From a virus, in the IMG/VR virus record IMGVR_UViG_3300025645_000038, positions 64,001-128,000 of that record: a DNA stretch of 64,000 nucleotides; one strand, written 5' to 3'. Positions 1 to 9,251 of this stretch are shown here, one piece after another. Both the position numbers and the translations under genes were made by a program. Under the pieces are notes generated by a model that was given only the letters and a program-made list of their open reading frames with translations, was not told the origin of the DNA and did not search any database. Position 1 is the first letter of the stretch, and every line of letters starts with the position of its first letter.

Positions 1-50
1 AATCCTCGTATATTAAAAGAAATTTATGAGAGAACATTTAGGAGTTTAAA

Positions 51-653
51 ATGAAACAATTAATCGTAGACTATTTACCATTTGAGGTAGGGCCTGACCA
101 GATAAACGAGGCTATGAAAGAGAACAACGGAAAGTTAGTTGTTAAGGGTGTTCTACAAAGAGCAGATACCAAAAATCAAAATGGTAGGGTATATCCAAGA
201 GAAATTTTAATGCGTGAAGCAAAGAAGTATTCCGATGGATTCGTAAAACAAAAAAGAGCTATGGGAGAACTTGACCATCCTGAATCATCTGTTGTGAACT
301 TACAAAATGTATCACATAACATTACAGATATGAACTTCAATGGTGATGACCTAGTTGGTACAGTAGAAATACTTACAACTCCAAGTGGTAACATACTAAG
401 AGAATTATTTAAGAATGGAATTAAACTAGGTATCTCTTCTCGTGGTATGGGTTCGGTTGAATCTGTTAATGAGGGAGAGACACAACAGGTTGGTGATGAC
501 TTTGAACTTATTGCTTTTGACTTTGTTTCTAATCCGTCTACACATGGTGCTTTCCTATATCCAATGAATGAGAGTGTTGATAACAATATTTCAGTTCGTG
601 ATACTAAGTATGGTAAAGTAGAAGCAGTCATTAACGATATAATGAGAGGCTAA
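51..653 (+). CDS. Prohead core protease (T4 gp21-like)
   Basis: NQNGRVYP, AMGELDHP, VSH, LGISSRGMGS and FDFVSNPS motifs of gp21-type proteases; SD AGGAG upstream; lies in the head gene cluster. Confidence 0.93.
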   Translation: MKQLIVDYLPFEVGPDQINEAMKENNGKLVVKGVLQRADTKNQNGRVYPREILMREAKKYSDGFVKQKRAMGELDHPESSVVNLQNVSHNITDMNFNGDDLVGTVEILTTPSGNILRELFKNGIKLGISSRGMGSVESVNEGETQQVGDDFELIAFDFVSNPSTHGAFLYPMNESVDNNISVRDTKYGKVEAVINDIMRG

Positions 654-1510
654 TGTCAAAAAAGAGAGACTATAAAGATGAGTATAAGAAATTTCAATCT
701 TCTACAAAGTCTAAAAAGTATAGGGCAGAATTAAATAAGTACAATCGTAAGAAAGGTACTTATGGAAATGGTGATGGCAAAGACGCCTCACACAAAGGGG
801 GAAAGATAGTGGGATTCGAATCACAATCTAAAAACAGAGGAAGAGCTGAAAAGAGTCGTTTAAAGAAAGAGGCTGTTCTAAATGAAAATCCAGCAGTGAT
901 TGCAACTGCAGCTCGTATGGCTATACAAAATGCTAAGGGTAAAAAAGTATCAGTCAATACTGCTCGCCAATCTAAATATGCTAGTACAGACCCATCAGCT
1001 CACAAGAAAGCTAAAAGTATATTCCAAAGAATTAAAGATAAGTTTAAAAAGAAAGATGATAAACCTAAAAAGAAATCAGCTCCTACCACAGCAGCTGACT
1101 TTCGTAGAAGAAGAAGAGGTGAGTCTATAAATGAGAATGATAAAGTAAAGGTTCTTAAACATCTTATCAAAAGAGGTAATAATCCTAAAGATGCTAAAAG
1201 GGATGTTCAAAAACTTTATAATAAAGTAAATAAGATGTATAAGAATGCATCACCATCTAAAAAAGCCGAAATCATTTCTTCTCTATCTGCTTATAAAATG
1301 GAATCTGTAAATAAAGCTAATAATATAGATAAGATAAAAGATATTGTCAAGAAAAAACAATTCAAAAGAATCGGTGGAGTTATTATAGACATGCAAACTG
1401 CTAATGCTATAATGCAAGTACATAAAGCATTAAGTGGTGCTAATAAAAAGAAGTATGAGAAGTTGTCTATATCAAAGATGGCATCTATTGCATACAAACT
1501 GATAAAATGA
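653..1510 (+). CDS. Basic mosaic protein, probable internal head/core protein with an N-terminal HNH-like segment
   Basis: N-terminal RDYKDEY...DASH...KNRGR resembles small HNH-like phage proteins; segments separated by LNE/INE; sits next to the protease. Confidence 0.45.
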   Translation: MSKKRDYKDEYKKFQSSTKSKKYRAELNKYNRKKGTYGNGDGKDASHKGGKIVGFESQSKNRGRAEKSRLKKEAVLNENPAVIATAARMAIQNAKGKKVSVNTARQSKYASTDPSAHKKAKSIFQRIKDKFKKKDDKPKKKSAPTTAADFRRRRRGESINENDKVKVLKHLIKRGNNPKDAKRDVQKLYNKVNKMYKNASPSKKAEIISSLSAYKMESVNKANNIDKIKDIVKKKQFKRIGGVIIDMQTANAIMQVHKALSGANKKKYEKLSISKMASIAYKLIK

Positions 1511-1869
1511 TAAAACTCAAAGACATATTACTAGAACATCCAGACGATTACGCTGATAAAGATGCTGATGATATAATCAAACTTTTGAGAAGAAAACAAA
1601 AGTATGACCAGTTTGATGGTATAGGAACAACTGAGGCTAAAGACCACGAAGGTAAGATGGCTAAATCTCAATTAGAACGTTCTATGAAGTATGCAAAAAT
1701 GATTTACAAAATAGTTGATAATGTTGGTAATGGTGGTGAAGTATCAATGCCAGCTTGGGTTCAGTCTAAACTAACCAAATCTATGGATTACTTACAATCG
1801 GTATATAATTACTTAGATGGTAAGGATGGTTTAGAAGATAAATTTCAAAAAGAAAATTCAAAAAAGTAA
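1507..1869 (+). CDS. Hypothetical head-associated protein
   Basis: N-terminus MIKLKDILLE; DHEGKMAKSQL...PAWVQSKLT domain recognised from T4-like phage head regions. Confidence 0.55.
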   Translation: MIKLKDILLEHPDDYADKDADDIIKLLRRKQKYDQFDGIGTTEAKDHEGKMAKSQLERSMKYAKMIYKIVDNVGNGGEVSMPAWVQSKLTKSMDYLQSVYNYLDGKDGLEDKFQKENSKK

Positions 1870-1893
1870 TATTTATATCTAAGGAGATAAATT

Positions 1894-2529
1894 ATGGCTA
1901 ACATTAAATTAAAAGATTTACTAAACGAAATGACAGTAGCTGGTGGTATTGTTTCTGAAAGTCCTTGGACAAAGAACGAAGAAGAAAAACCATCTATAAA
2001 TGTAAAAGAATTAGTAGAATCAATTCGTAACTTTAACTCTATAGGTGAATCCATCTATGGTAAAGGTAGCTTAAAAGAAGTAGCTGAAAGTCTTTCATCT
2101 ATTGCTGAAGGTGCTGCTCAACATACTCTATCTGAAGCAGGTGATATGTTTGATAAGGTTACAGTTAGTCGTAATATGAAAGAACTTACAGGCTTATCAA
2201 AGCAATTTGGTAAAGTATCTAGCGAAGCTAACTCTCTACAAGAAAGAATGAGTGGTTTATACGAAGACATGGGTAACATCTTAGGTAGATACTATGAGAT
2301 TGGTGAAAAGCATGTGCCAGGTCATGATGATGAAGATTCAGAAGACAGAGGTGATATGGATGAAGCTGAAACAATGATGTTTAGAGAAGAAGATGATTAC
2401 AAAGCATTCTTCAAAAAAGCTATGAAAAAATTTAATGTATCTGATATTGAAGATATGAGTGATGAAGATAAAAAAGACTTCTTCAACTATGTAGATAGAA
2501 ACTATAAGGCGAAAAACGAAAAAGACTAA
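1894..2529 (+). CDS. Hypothetical head-associated coiled-coil protein
   Basis: N-terminus MANIKLKDLLNE, strong SD AAGGAG, ATATTTATA motif upstream. Confidence 0.55.
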   Translation: MANIKLKDLLNEMTVAGGIVSESPWTKNEEEKPSINVKELVESIRNFNSIGESIYGKGSLKEVAESLSSIAEGAAQHTLSEAGDMFDKVTVSRNMKELTGLSKQFGKVSSEANSLQERMSGLYEDMGNILGRYYEIGEKHVPGHDDEDSEDRGDMDEAETMMFREEDDYKAFFKKAMKKFNVSDIEDMSDEDKKDFFNYVDRNYKAKNEKD

Positions 2530-2538
2530 GAGGTTAAT

Positions 2539-2766
2539 ATGTCAATAAAAGTTGTAGTAAAGAATAATAATATCGAGAAAGCTCTCAGTATATTCAAAAG
2601 AAAAGTAAAAGATTCAAACCTTATGTTTGAACTTAGAGAGCGTGAGTTTTACAAAAAACCATCTGCTGTTAGAAAAGAGATGAAAAACAAAGCAAAAGCT
2701 CGTAATTATTGGAAAAAAATCAAATTAATGGAAGAAGTTAGTAGAAATAGAGGTAGAAAATATTAA
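2539..2766 (+). CDS. rpsU: Phage-encoded ribosomal protein bS21
   Basis: 75 aa basic protein: IKVVVKNNNIEKALSIFKRKV...ELREREFYKKPSAVR is the bS21 signature. Confidence 0.9.
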   Translation: MSIKVVVKNNNIEKALSIFKRKVKDSNLMFELREREFYKKPSAVRKEMKNKAKARNYWKKIKLMEEVSRNRGRKY

Positions 2767-2795
2767 TTCCTTATATTTATATATATCAAAACTAA

Positions 2796-2881
2796 ACACA
2801 CCGTTCCTATCGTATACGGTGTAACCGAAATATAATAATTCTATTATAGTTCCCAATAACTATACTAAATCCTAAATAGGA
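2796..2881 (+). promoter_or_regulatory. Structured 5' leader of the scaffold-capsid genes
   Basis: Hairpins ACACCGT(2798-2804)/ACGGTGT(2816-2822) and TATAGTT(2845-2851)/AACTATA(2858-2864). Confidence 0.45.
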
Positions 2882-2889
2882 GAATAATA

Positions 2890-3942
2890 ATGGATGATCT
2901 CTTAAAAGAGGCAATTGCTGACGCAAAAGCTGTTCGTGAAACTGCTTTAGAAAACGCAAAGATGGCTTTAGAAGAGGCTTTTACTCCAAGATTACAGAAT
3001 ATGTTATCTCAGAAAATCCAAAACGAAATCGAAGACGAAGATGATGAAAAGAAAGATGAAGATGTTGATTTGGAAGAAAGAGAAGATGATGATGAAGACA
3101 TGGAAGAAAGAGCCATGAATGATGAAGATGAAGATCCTTCTGATGAGCATTCTGAAGAAGAAATGGATGAGTCTGAAATAATCGAAATCGATGGTGTTAA
3201 ATATGCACCTGTAGTATCTGAAGAAGAAGACGAAGATGAAGAAGATATGGATGAGATGAAAGATGAAGACGATGAAGACATGGATGAAGATCTTGATTTA
3301 GAAGCTGTAATTAAAGAGCTTGAATCTGAACTTGATGAGGCTGAAGAAGTCGAAGAAAGTAAAGAAGAAGTTGAAGAACAATCTAAATCTTCTGGCATTG
3401 GTGCTGGTGACAACAAAGTTAGTCAACCAAGTGCTGGTGATGAAGAAGATCCGGGTAAAGGAAAACTCAAAGAGGGTGAAGATAAAGACGACAAAGAGGT
3501 TGATGAAGATATCGATCTTGATGAAGTTCTTGCAGCTCTTTCTGAGGAAGAAGATGAAGATGAGAAGAAGGATGAAGTTAAAGAACTTAAATCCGACCTT
3601 GAAGAACATCGTTCCGTAATCGAAACACTTCGTGAAAAGCTAAATGAAGTCAACTTGTTAAATGCTAAACTTTTATTCACAAACAAACTATTCAGAAAGC
3701 ATGGTTTGAACAATGAACAGAAGATGAAAGTCGTTGAGCAATTCGATAGAGCATCAAACCTAAGAGAAGTCAAGTTAGTGTATTCTACACTTGGTGAATC
3801 TTTTGGTGCTAGAAAAAATGAAATTAATGAATCTAAGGGAGCTGCTTCAAAGCCAATAGCATCTACCAAACCTGAAAAAGAAGTAATAACTGAAAGTTCA
3901 GATTTGAGAGATAGGTTTAAAAAGCTAGCTAACCTTATTTAA
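2890..3942 (+). CDS. Prohead scaffolding/core protein (gp22-like)
   Basis: Very acidic coiled coil directly upstream of the MCP; N-terminal DLLKEAIADAKAVRETA and C-terminal LNEVNLLNAKLLF. Confidence 0.85.
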   Translation: MDDLLKEAIADAKAVRETALENAKMALEEAFTPRLQNMLSQKIQNEIEDEDDEKKDEDVDLEEREDDDEDMEERAMNDEDEDPSDEHSEEEMDESEIIEIDGVKYAPVVSEEEDEDEEDMDEMKDEDDEDMDEDLDLEAVIKELESELDEAEEVEESKEEVEEQSKSSGIGAGDNKVSQPSAGDEEDPGKGKLKEGEDKDDKEVDEDIDLDEVLAALSEEEDEDEKKDEVKELKSDLEEHRSVIETLREKLNEVNLLNAKLLFTNKLFRKHGLNNEQKMKVVEQFDRASNLREVKLVYSTLGESFGARKNEINESKGAASKPIASTKPEKEVITESSDLRDRFKKLANLI

Positions 3943-3957
3943 TTGGGAGACAATAAA

Positions 3958-5595
3958 ATGTCAGATTTAAAAATAAACGATTTGATGAGTGGTCATAACC
4001 CTCATCAAGAGCTCCTGTCACAGACTCGTAAGTTAGTTGACAAGTGGGAGCCAACCGGATTATTGGATGATATTGATGACTCCACTAAGAAAACAGGCAT
4101 GGCTGTTCTTCTTGAAAACCAGGCAACTCAGCTTATTAAAGAAGCTTCGGGTACAGGTACTGGTGGAAGTAAAGAAGAATGGAGTGGTGTAGCTTTACCA
4201 TTGGTTCGTAGAATCTTTGGTGAAATTTCAGCACAAGAGTTCGTAAGTGTTCAACCTATGAACTTACCATCTGGACTGATTTTCTTCTTGGACTTCAAAT
4301 ATGGTTCAGCTAATCAGGCTAATCACATTAAAGATACAGATATATTTGGTAATACTTCTGCATCAGGCGATCCAAGTGGTGGACTCTACGGAAGTGGTAG
4401 AGGAGGATACTCTATCAATGATAGAGATTCAGCTCTTATTGCTAACTCAAACATTACAGAAGCTTCAGCTTCTTGGAAAGATGTTGAGTTTGAACCATCT
4501 CTAAGTTCTTCTGTTGCTGTTGGTACTGCTAACCAAATAGTAAAGCTAACCGTTACAAGAGCTAATTTCTTAACTGCTGCTCCAAGAGCTGACTTAGAAG
4601 GAATTAGATCTTTTGAGGTAAGTGGTTCTGATATATCAGAGTCATTTCCGGCTTATACAACAGTTGATGATACTAATGTAAACTTCTTCGTGAAGACTAC
4701 AGATGGTAGAATGGATGCTGCTGCTATTGGTGTTAAGTATCATGAAGCTCCAACTGCTGCTCAGCGTGGTGATTTTGAACAAAGTTCATTCACATCACCT
4801 GGACCATCTTCAGCTGACGATCTTAAGATTCCTGAAGTTGACATTCAGTTAAGAAGTGAAGCTATCGTTGCGAAAACTCGTAAATTGAAAGCTGTATGGA
4901 CACCTGAACTTGCTCAGGATCTTAACGCTTATCATAGTGTTGACGCTGAAGCTGAATTAACAGCAATGTTAAGTGAGTACATCGCGATGGAAATCGATTT
5001 GGAAATACTTGATATGTTAAGTCTAAACGCTGATGCTAAGACTGCTTATTGGTCAGCTAAAGTTGGCTTTGAGTATGATGGTTCTGGAACAGGCGCTGGC
5101 GCTTGGACACAAGTAAGTGGTGCTTCAAATGCATATACAAAGAGTTCTTGGTTCCAAACACTTGGAATTAAGATACAATCTGTATCTAATGCTATTCATC
5201 AGAAAACACTTCGTGGTGGTGCTAATTTTGTTGTTGTTTCACCTGAAACTGCTACAATCTTAGAGTCTGTAAGTGGATACGTTGCTAATACTGGTGACGC
5301 TTCTTCTAAGACATACGCTATGGGTGTTGAAGCCGTTGGTTCTATAAATAACAGATATACTGTTTATAAGAATCCATACATGACAACTAACGACATATTG
5401 ATTGGTTTTAGAGGAAGTAACTTCCTTGAAACTGGTGCTGTTTATGCCCCATATGTACCAATGATTATGACTCCATTAGTATACGATCCTCAGAACTTTA
5501 CTCCGCGTAAAGGTGTGATGACTCGTTATGCTAAGAAGATGGTTAGACCAGAGTTCTATGGTAAAGTCATTGTTGCTGATATCAACGAAGTTTAA
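3958..5595 (+). CDS. Major capsid protein (T4 gp23-like); probable start is ATG 3958, not TTG 3943
   Basis: PLVRR, VQPMNLPSGLIF, AKTRKLKAVWTPELAQDL, YAPYVP and FTPRKGVMTRY motifs; SD GGGAG at 3945-3949. Confidence 0.96.
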   Translation: MSDLKINDLMSGHNPHQELLSQTRKLVDKWEPTGLLDDIDDSTKKTGMAVLLENQATQLIKEASGTGTGGSKEEWSGVALPLVRRIFGEISAQEFVSVQPMNLPSGLIFFLDFKYGSANQANHIKDTDIFGNTSASGDPSGGLYGSGRGGYSINDRDSALIANSNITEASASWKDVEFEPSLSSSVAVGTANQIVKLTVTRANFLTAAPRADLEGIRSFEVSGSDISESFPAYTTVDDTNVNFFVKTTDGRMDAAAIGVKYHEAPTAAQRGDFEQSSFTSPGPSSADDLKIPEVDIQLRSEAIVAKTRKLKAVWTPELAQDLNAYHSVDAEAELTAMLSEYIAMEIDLEILDMLSLNADAKTAYWSAKVGFEYDGSGTGAGAWTQVSGASNAYTKSSWFQTLGIKIQSVSNAIHQKTLRGGANFVVVSPETATILESVSGYVANTGDASSKTYAMGVEAVGSINNRYTVYKNPYMTTNDILIGFRGSNFLETGAVYAPYVPMIMTPLVYDPQNFTPRKGVMTRYAKKMVRPEFYGKVIVADINEV

Positions 5596-5618
5596 TTAAT
5601 TACTTAATTGAACAACTT

Positions 5619-5647
5619 AAAAAGGGGAGTTTTACTCCCCTTTTTTT
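5619..5647 (+). terminator. Intrinsic terminator after the MCP gene
   Basis: GGGGAGT-TTT-ACTCCCC stem-loop followed by T7 and preceded by an A-run. Confidence 0.9.
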
Positions 5648-5698
5648 GTATCTTGTATATTTATTAATGAGTAAATATATCTATTTTAGGAGAATATA

Positions 5699-6865
5699 AT
5701 GGAAGCAATTTGGGCTGGTAGTAGTTCTTTTTCAGCAGGAAACACACCTTACGGGTTTTATGATAGTGATACAGAGTTTTCAGGCTCTGGTAATCATTCT
5801 ATAGACAAGTTTTCTGATTGGGCTGCTAAAAGATTAGGGTATCCAATAATCGAAGTAGAATTACAAGATAAACAATTCTACGCTTGTTATGAAGAAGCTA
5901 TCACAGAGTATAGCGCACAGGTAAACCAATTTAATATTAGAGATAATATGTTGGCTTTACAAGGACAAGAAACAGGTTCTGGTTCTACAAAAACAAACTT
6001 AACGCATAGAAAACTAACACCGACAATCGGTAGGAACATTCAGTTAGCTGAACAATACGGAACAGAAGCTGGGGTTGGTGGAACAGTTGATTTTAAGAGT
6101 GGTTCTATACAAATCACAAGTGGTTCACAGGTTTATGATTTAAATGCACTTTGGGCTAATGTCTCAGAAAGCGGTGATGCTATAGAAGTAAGAAAAGTAT
6201 TTTATGAGAGTTCTCCTGCTATTACAAGATATTTCGATCCATATGCTGGTACAGGTGATGGTTCTTACAATATGTTGGATAGTTTTGGTTGGGGTAATAA
6301 CTCACCAGCAGTTCAGTTTATGATGATGCCGATGTATGCTGATTTATTAAAGATTCAAGCTATTGAGTTTAATGACCAGATAAGAAAGTCTGCTTATTCA
6401 TTCGAGTTACAGAATAATAAATTAAGAATTTTTCCTAATCCAACAAGTACTTACAAACTACACTTTAGATATATTCTAAAGAAAGATAGAAATAATACGT
6501 TACAAGGAACCTCTGATGGTGTGATTACAGACTACTCAAATGCTCCTTTTAATAATATGACATTTGCTAATATTAATGAAGTTGGTAAACAATGGATTAA
6601 GAAATATGGATTAGCTCTATGTAAGGAGTTATTAGGAACAATACGAAGTAAGTATTCGTCACTTCCTATACCAAATGCAGAAACAACATTGGATGGTGAT
6701 ACTTTAAGAACAGAAGCGGCTACGGAAAAAGAAGGACTAATTACAGAACTTAGGGAAACATTAGAACAGACAAGTAGAAAGGCTTTGTTGGAAGCTGATA
6801 AGGATGAAGCTGAGTTCTTACAAGAAAAGTTGTCAAAAGTTCCATACCCAATATACATAGGATAA
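5699..6865 (+). CDS. Neck/head-tail adaptor (T4 gp13-like)
   Basis: RLGYPIIEVEL and WIKKYGLALCKELLGTIRSKY...TLDGD motifs; position after the MCP. Confidence 0.8.
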   Translation: MEAIWAGSSSFSAGNTPYGFYDSDTEFSGSGNHSIDKFSDWAAKRLGYPIIEVELQDKQFYACYEEAITEYSAQVNQFNIRDNMLALQGQETGSGSTKTNLTHRKLTPTIGRNIQLAEQYGTEAGVGGTVDFKSGSIQITSGSQVYDLNALWANVSESGDAIEVRKVFYESSPAITRYFDPYAGTGDGSYNMLDSFGWGNNSPAVQFMMMPMYADLLKIQAIEFNDQIRKSAYSFELQNNKLRIFPNPTSTYKLHFRYILKKDRNNTLQGTSDGVITDYSNAPFNNMTFANINEVGKQWIKKYGLALCKELLGTIRSKYSSLPIPNAETTLDGDTLRTEAATEKEGLITELRETLEQTSRKALLEADKDEAEFLQEKLSKVPYPIYIG

Positions 6866-6869
6866 GAAA

Positions 6870-7358
6870 ATGGCTGGTAGATTTTTACCTCAAAGAGATG
6901 TTGACTTAGTAACAAGAGTCAGTAGAGAATTGGTTGGTGATAAACAAGGAAACAAAGACGGATTAATAAATCAAGAATGTGTTGTTTATAAACCATCCTT
7001 ACAAGAGTCAGCAGTAAACATGTATGGTGAAGCTGCTGGTGGTAAGAAGGTGTATAAGAATGGAGTACAGATGGCTGCTCTTGTCTCAGCTGATGATTTC
7101 GATTTCAATACAGATGAGTTTGGGCCTGATGCACAACAGAATGCTACATTCTCATTTTTAAGACAATCATTTATAGATGCTTCAATGGTATTGGAGATAG
7201 GCGATTTAATAGATTGGAATTATGGATATTTTGAAGTTGGTTCTATAAACGAAAATCAATTAGTTGGTGGTCAATTTGACCAAAACTTTTCGGTTGTAGC
7301 AACAACTTTTTTAATTAGAAAAAGTTCTATACAAATAGAAAGAGTTAGGAGTACATAA
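6870..7358 (+). CDS. Head closure/neck protein (gp14-like)
   Basis: NMYGEA, FG and IGDLIDW motifs; synteny between gp13-like and gp15-like genes. Confidence 0.65.
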   Translation: MAGRFLPQRDVDLVTRVSRELVGDKQGNKDGLINQECVVYKPSLQESAVNMYGEAAGGKKVYKNGVQMAALVSADDFDFNTDEFGPDAQQNATFSFLRQSFIDASMVLEIGDLIDWNYGYFEVGSINENQLVGGQFDQNFSVVATTFLIRKSSIQIERVRST

Positions 7359-8926
7359 TGGCTCGTGAAAAACCAATACCTCGTTCTGCTAGAAAGAAAA
7401 TAAATCGTGGAACATTGAGGTCGAGAGGAGATGACCAAGTAAAAAACATATCAGTTGGGTTGATGGATATCGATGCAGCTATTATGTTTTATTTCAATAA
7501 TGTTATTAAACCTACTGTTATAGAAAATGATGAAACTATAAAAGTTCCTCTTATGTACTCTAATCCAGAAAGATGGAATAGTATACAAAAAAACGGATAC
7601 TTAGTTGATAATAAAAAACAACTATTAATACCACTAATTGTATTCAAGAGAAATTCTATATCAAAAGATGAAACTATGTCTGTTGATAAAATAGATCCTT
7701 TAAATCCTCAATTATTTCGTACTTTTCAAAGTAAATATTCTAAAAAGAATAGATATGATAATTTTTCTGTTCAACAAGGATTAAATAAAACAAAAGAGCT
7801 TTATACAGTGGGTGTACCAGATTATGTAAATCTTGAATATGAATTTATTGTTTGGACATCATATACTGAACAAATGAATAGTATAATAGAAAAAATCATT
7901 TGGAGTGAAGGTTCTTATTGGGGTGAAGATGGAAAGTTTAAATTTAGAACCTCAATAGATAACTATACAGATGCTAGTGAATTTACAGTAAACTCTGAAA
8001 GATTGATTAGAACTACTTTTTCAGTCACTCTAAAAGGATATTTAATACCCGAAGAATTTAATAGTGTTGTCACAACACAAAAGGCGTTAACACCAAAAAG
8101 AATATTAATTGGTGATGATGTAAGTGTAAACCTAACCGATTTGGTAGGAGATAGCCAAACCAGAGATGTAAGAATATCTGTATCGAAAGATGGTGGAGCT
8201 GGCGGTGGTGGTGGATTAGAAAAACCATTTACGATAGCAACAGGAACTGGTGTATCTATTGCAGGAGCTGGTCAGTTTGATGGAAGAAACTCTAAAACAT
8301 TTACATTTAGCATTGGTCAAGATGTAGGAACATCGAGTACAGTCCAATTTGCTAATGTCTCAGCTTCAAGTGCAATTCATATAGGCCCAACATCATTTGA
8401 AATAAAACAAAGAGATGATGGAAAAGCTGAGGTAAGTACGGATTGGGTTGTAAAGGGAGATATCATCGCAGAAAACTTTGTGGTTACATCTTCTGTAACA
8501 TCGATGTCTGTTGCTTTTGCTAGTGGTTCTACTAAATTTGGTGATAGTCCCGATGATACACATAGGATAACAGGTTCTATGAGCATAGTAGGAAACTTGT
8601 TAGTTAATGGAGCAGCTACAATTACAGCAACGACTATAACTACACCAGACCAATATATGAGAAAACAATTTGTCAAGAAAGCTGCTTCAATTAGTATACC
8701 ATCAACTGCTAGTTTTACTGCCGTAACAGCCTCTGCTCCAAGTGGTTTGACTGCTACAAACGAACAAGACTTTGTTTTCTTTATCAATGGACAATATATG
8801 GAACATGATGCTCTTACGATTAAGCAAGCTGGTTCAAACTTTTTATTACTTGTAGATACCGATAGTATAGGTTATAGTTTAGAAGCTGATGATGAGATTA
8901 TTGCTCAAGGAAAGTTTAATTCCTAA
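7358..8926 (+). CDS. Tail terminator/sheath stabiliser (gp15-like) with a C-terminal fibre-type extension
   Basis: KVPLMYSNPERW, PDYVNLEYEFIVWT, QMNSIIE and FSVTLKGYL; C-terminal about 240 aa is Gly/Ser/Thr-rich and contains SGSTKFGDSPDDTH. Confidence 0.7.
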   Translation: MAREKPIPRSARKKINRGTLRSRGDDQVKNISVGLMDIDAAIMFYFNNVIKPTVIENDETIKVPLMYSNPERWNSIQKNGYLVDNKKQLLIPLIVFKRNSISKDETMSVDKIDPLNPQLFRTFQSKYSKKNRYDNFSVQQGLNKTKELYTVGVPDYVNLEYEFIVWTSYTEQMNSIIEKIIWSEGSYWGEDGKFKFRTSIDNYTDASEFTVNSERLIRTTFSVTLKGYLIPEEFNSVVTTQKALTPKRILIGDDVSVNLTDLVGDSQTRDVRISVSKDGGAGGGGGLEKPFTIATGTGVSIAGAGQFDGRNSKTFTFSIGQDVGTSSTVQFANVSASSAIHIGPTSFEIKQRDDGKAEVSTDWVVKGDIIAENFVVTSSVTSMSVAFASGSTKFGDSPDDTHRITGSMSIVGNLLVNGAATITATTITTPDQYMRKQFVKKAASISIPSTASFTAVTASAPSGLTATNEQDFVFFINGQYMEHDALTIKQAGSNFLLLVDTDSIGYSLEADDEIIAQGKFNS

Positions 8927-8978
8927 AAATAGTTCCCACATTCCACCTTTCTTTTACTACTTCCTTATATTTATTACT

Positions 8979-9251
8979 ATGAGAAAACGACATTGGAAAA
9001 ATAGAAAGAATAGAAAATGTCCTACTTGTACTAGGATATTAACTTATTCTCGAAAAGATTCCTTTGATAGAGCAGTAGGTAACAACTCTGTCTGTAAGTC
9101 ATGTGCTCAAACAGATAGAAAAGTAACAATGGAGACATTGGAAAAGATGAAACAACCTAAGACTGTCGAACATAGAAAAAAGATTTCACGCTCTATGAAG
9201 ACGCGTTGGGAAAAACTGAGAGAGAAAGAGTATGGCTTTACTAGACAGTAA
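8979..9251 (+). CDS. Small Zn-finger + NUMOD3-like DNA-binding protein (probable start ATG 8979)
   Basis: CPTC...CKSC and KTVEHRKKISRSMK; no nuclease domain visible. Confidence 0.55.
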   Translation: MRKRHWKNRKNRKCPTCTRILTYSRKDSFDRAVGNNSVCKSCAQTDRKVTMETLEKMKQPKTVEHRKKISRSMKTRWEKLREKEYGFTRQ

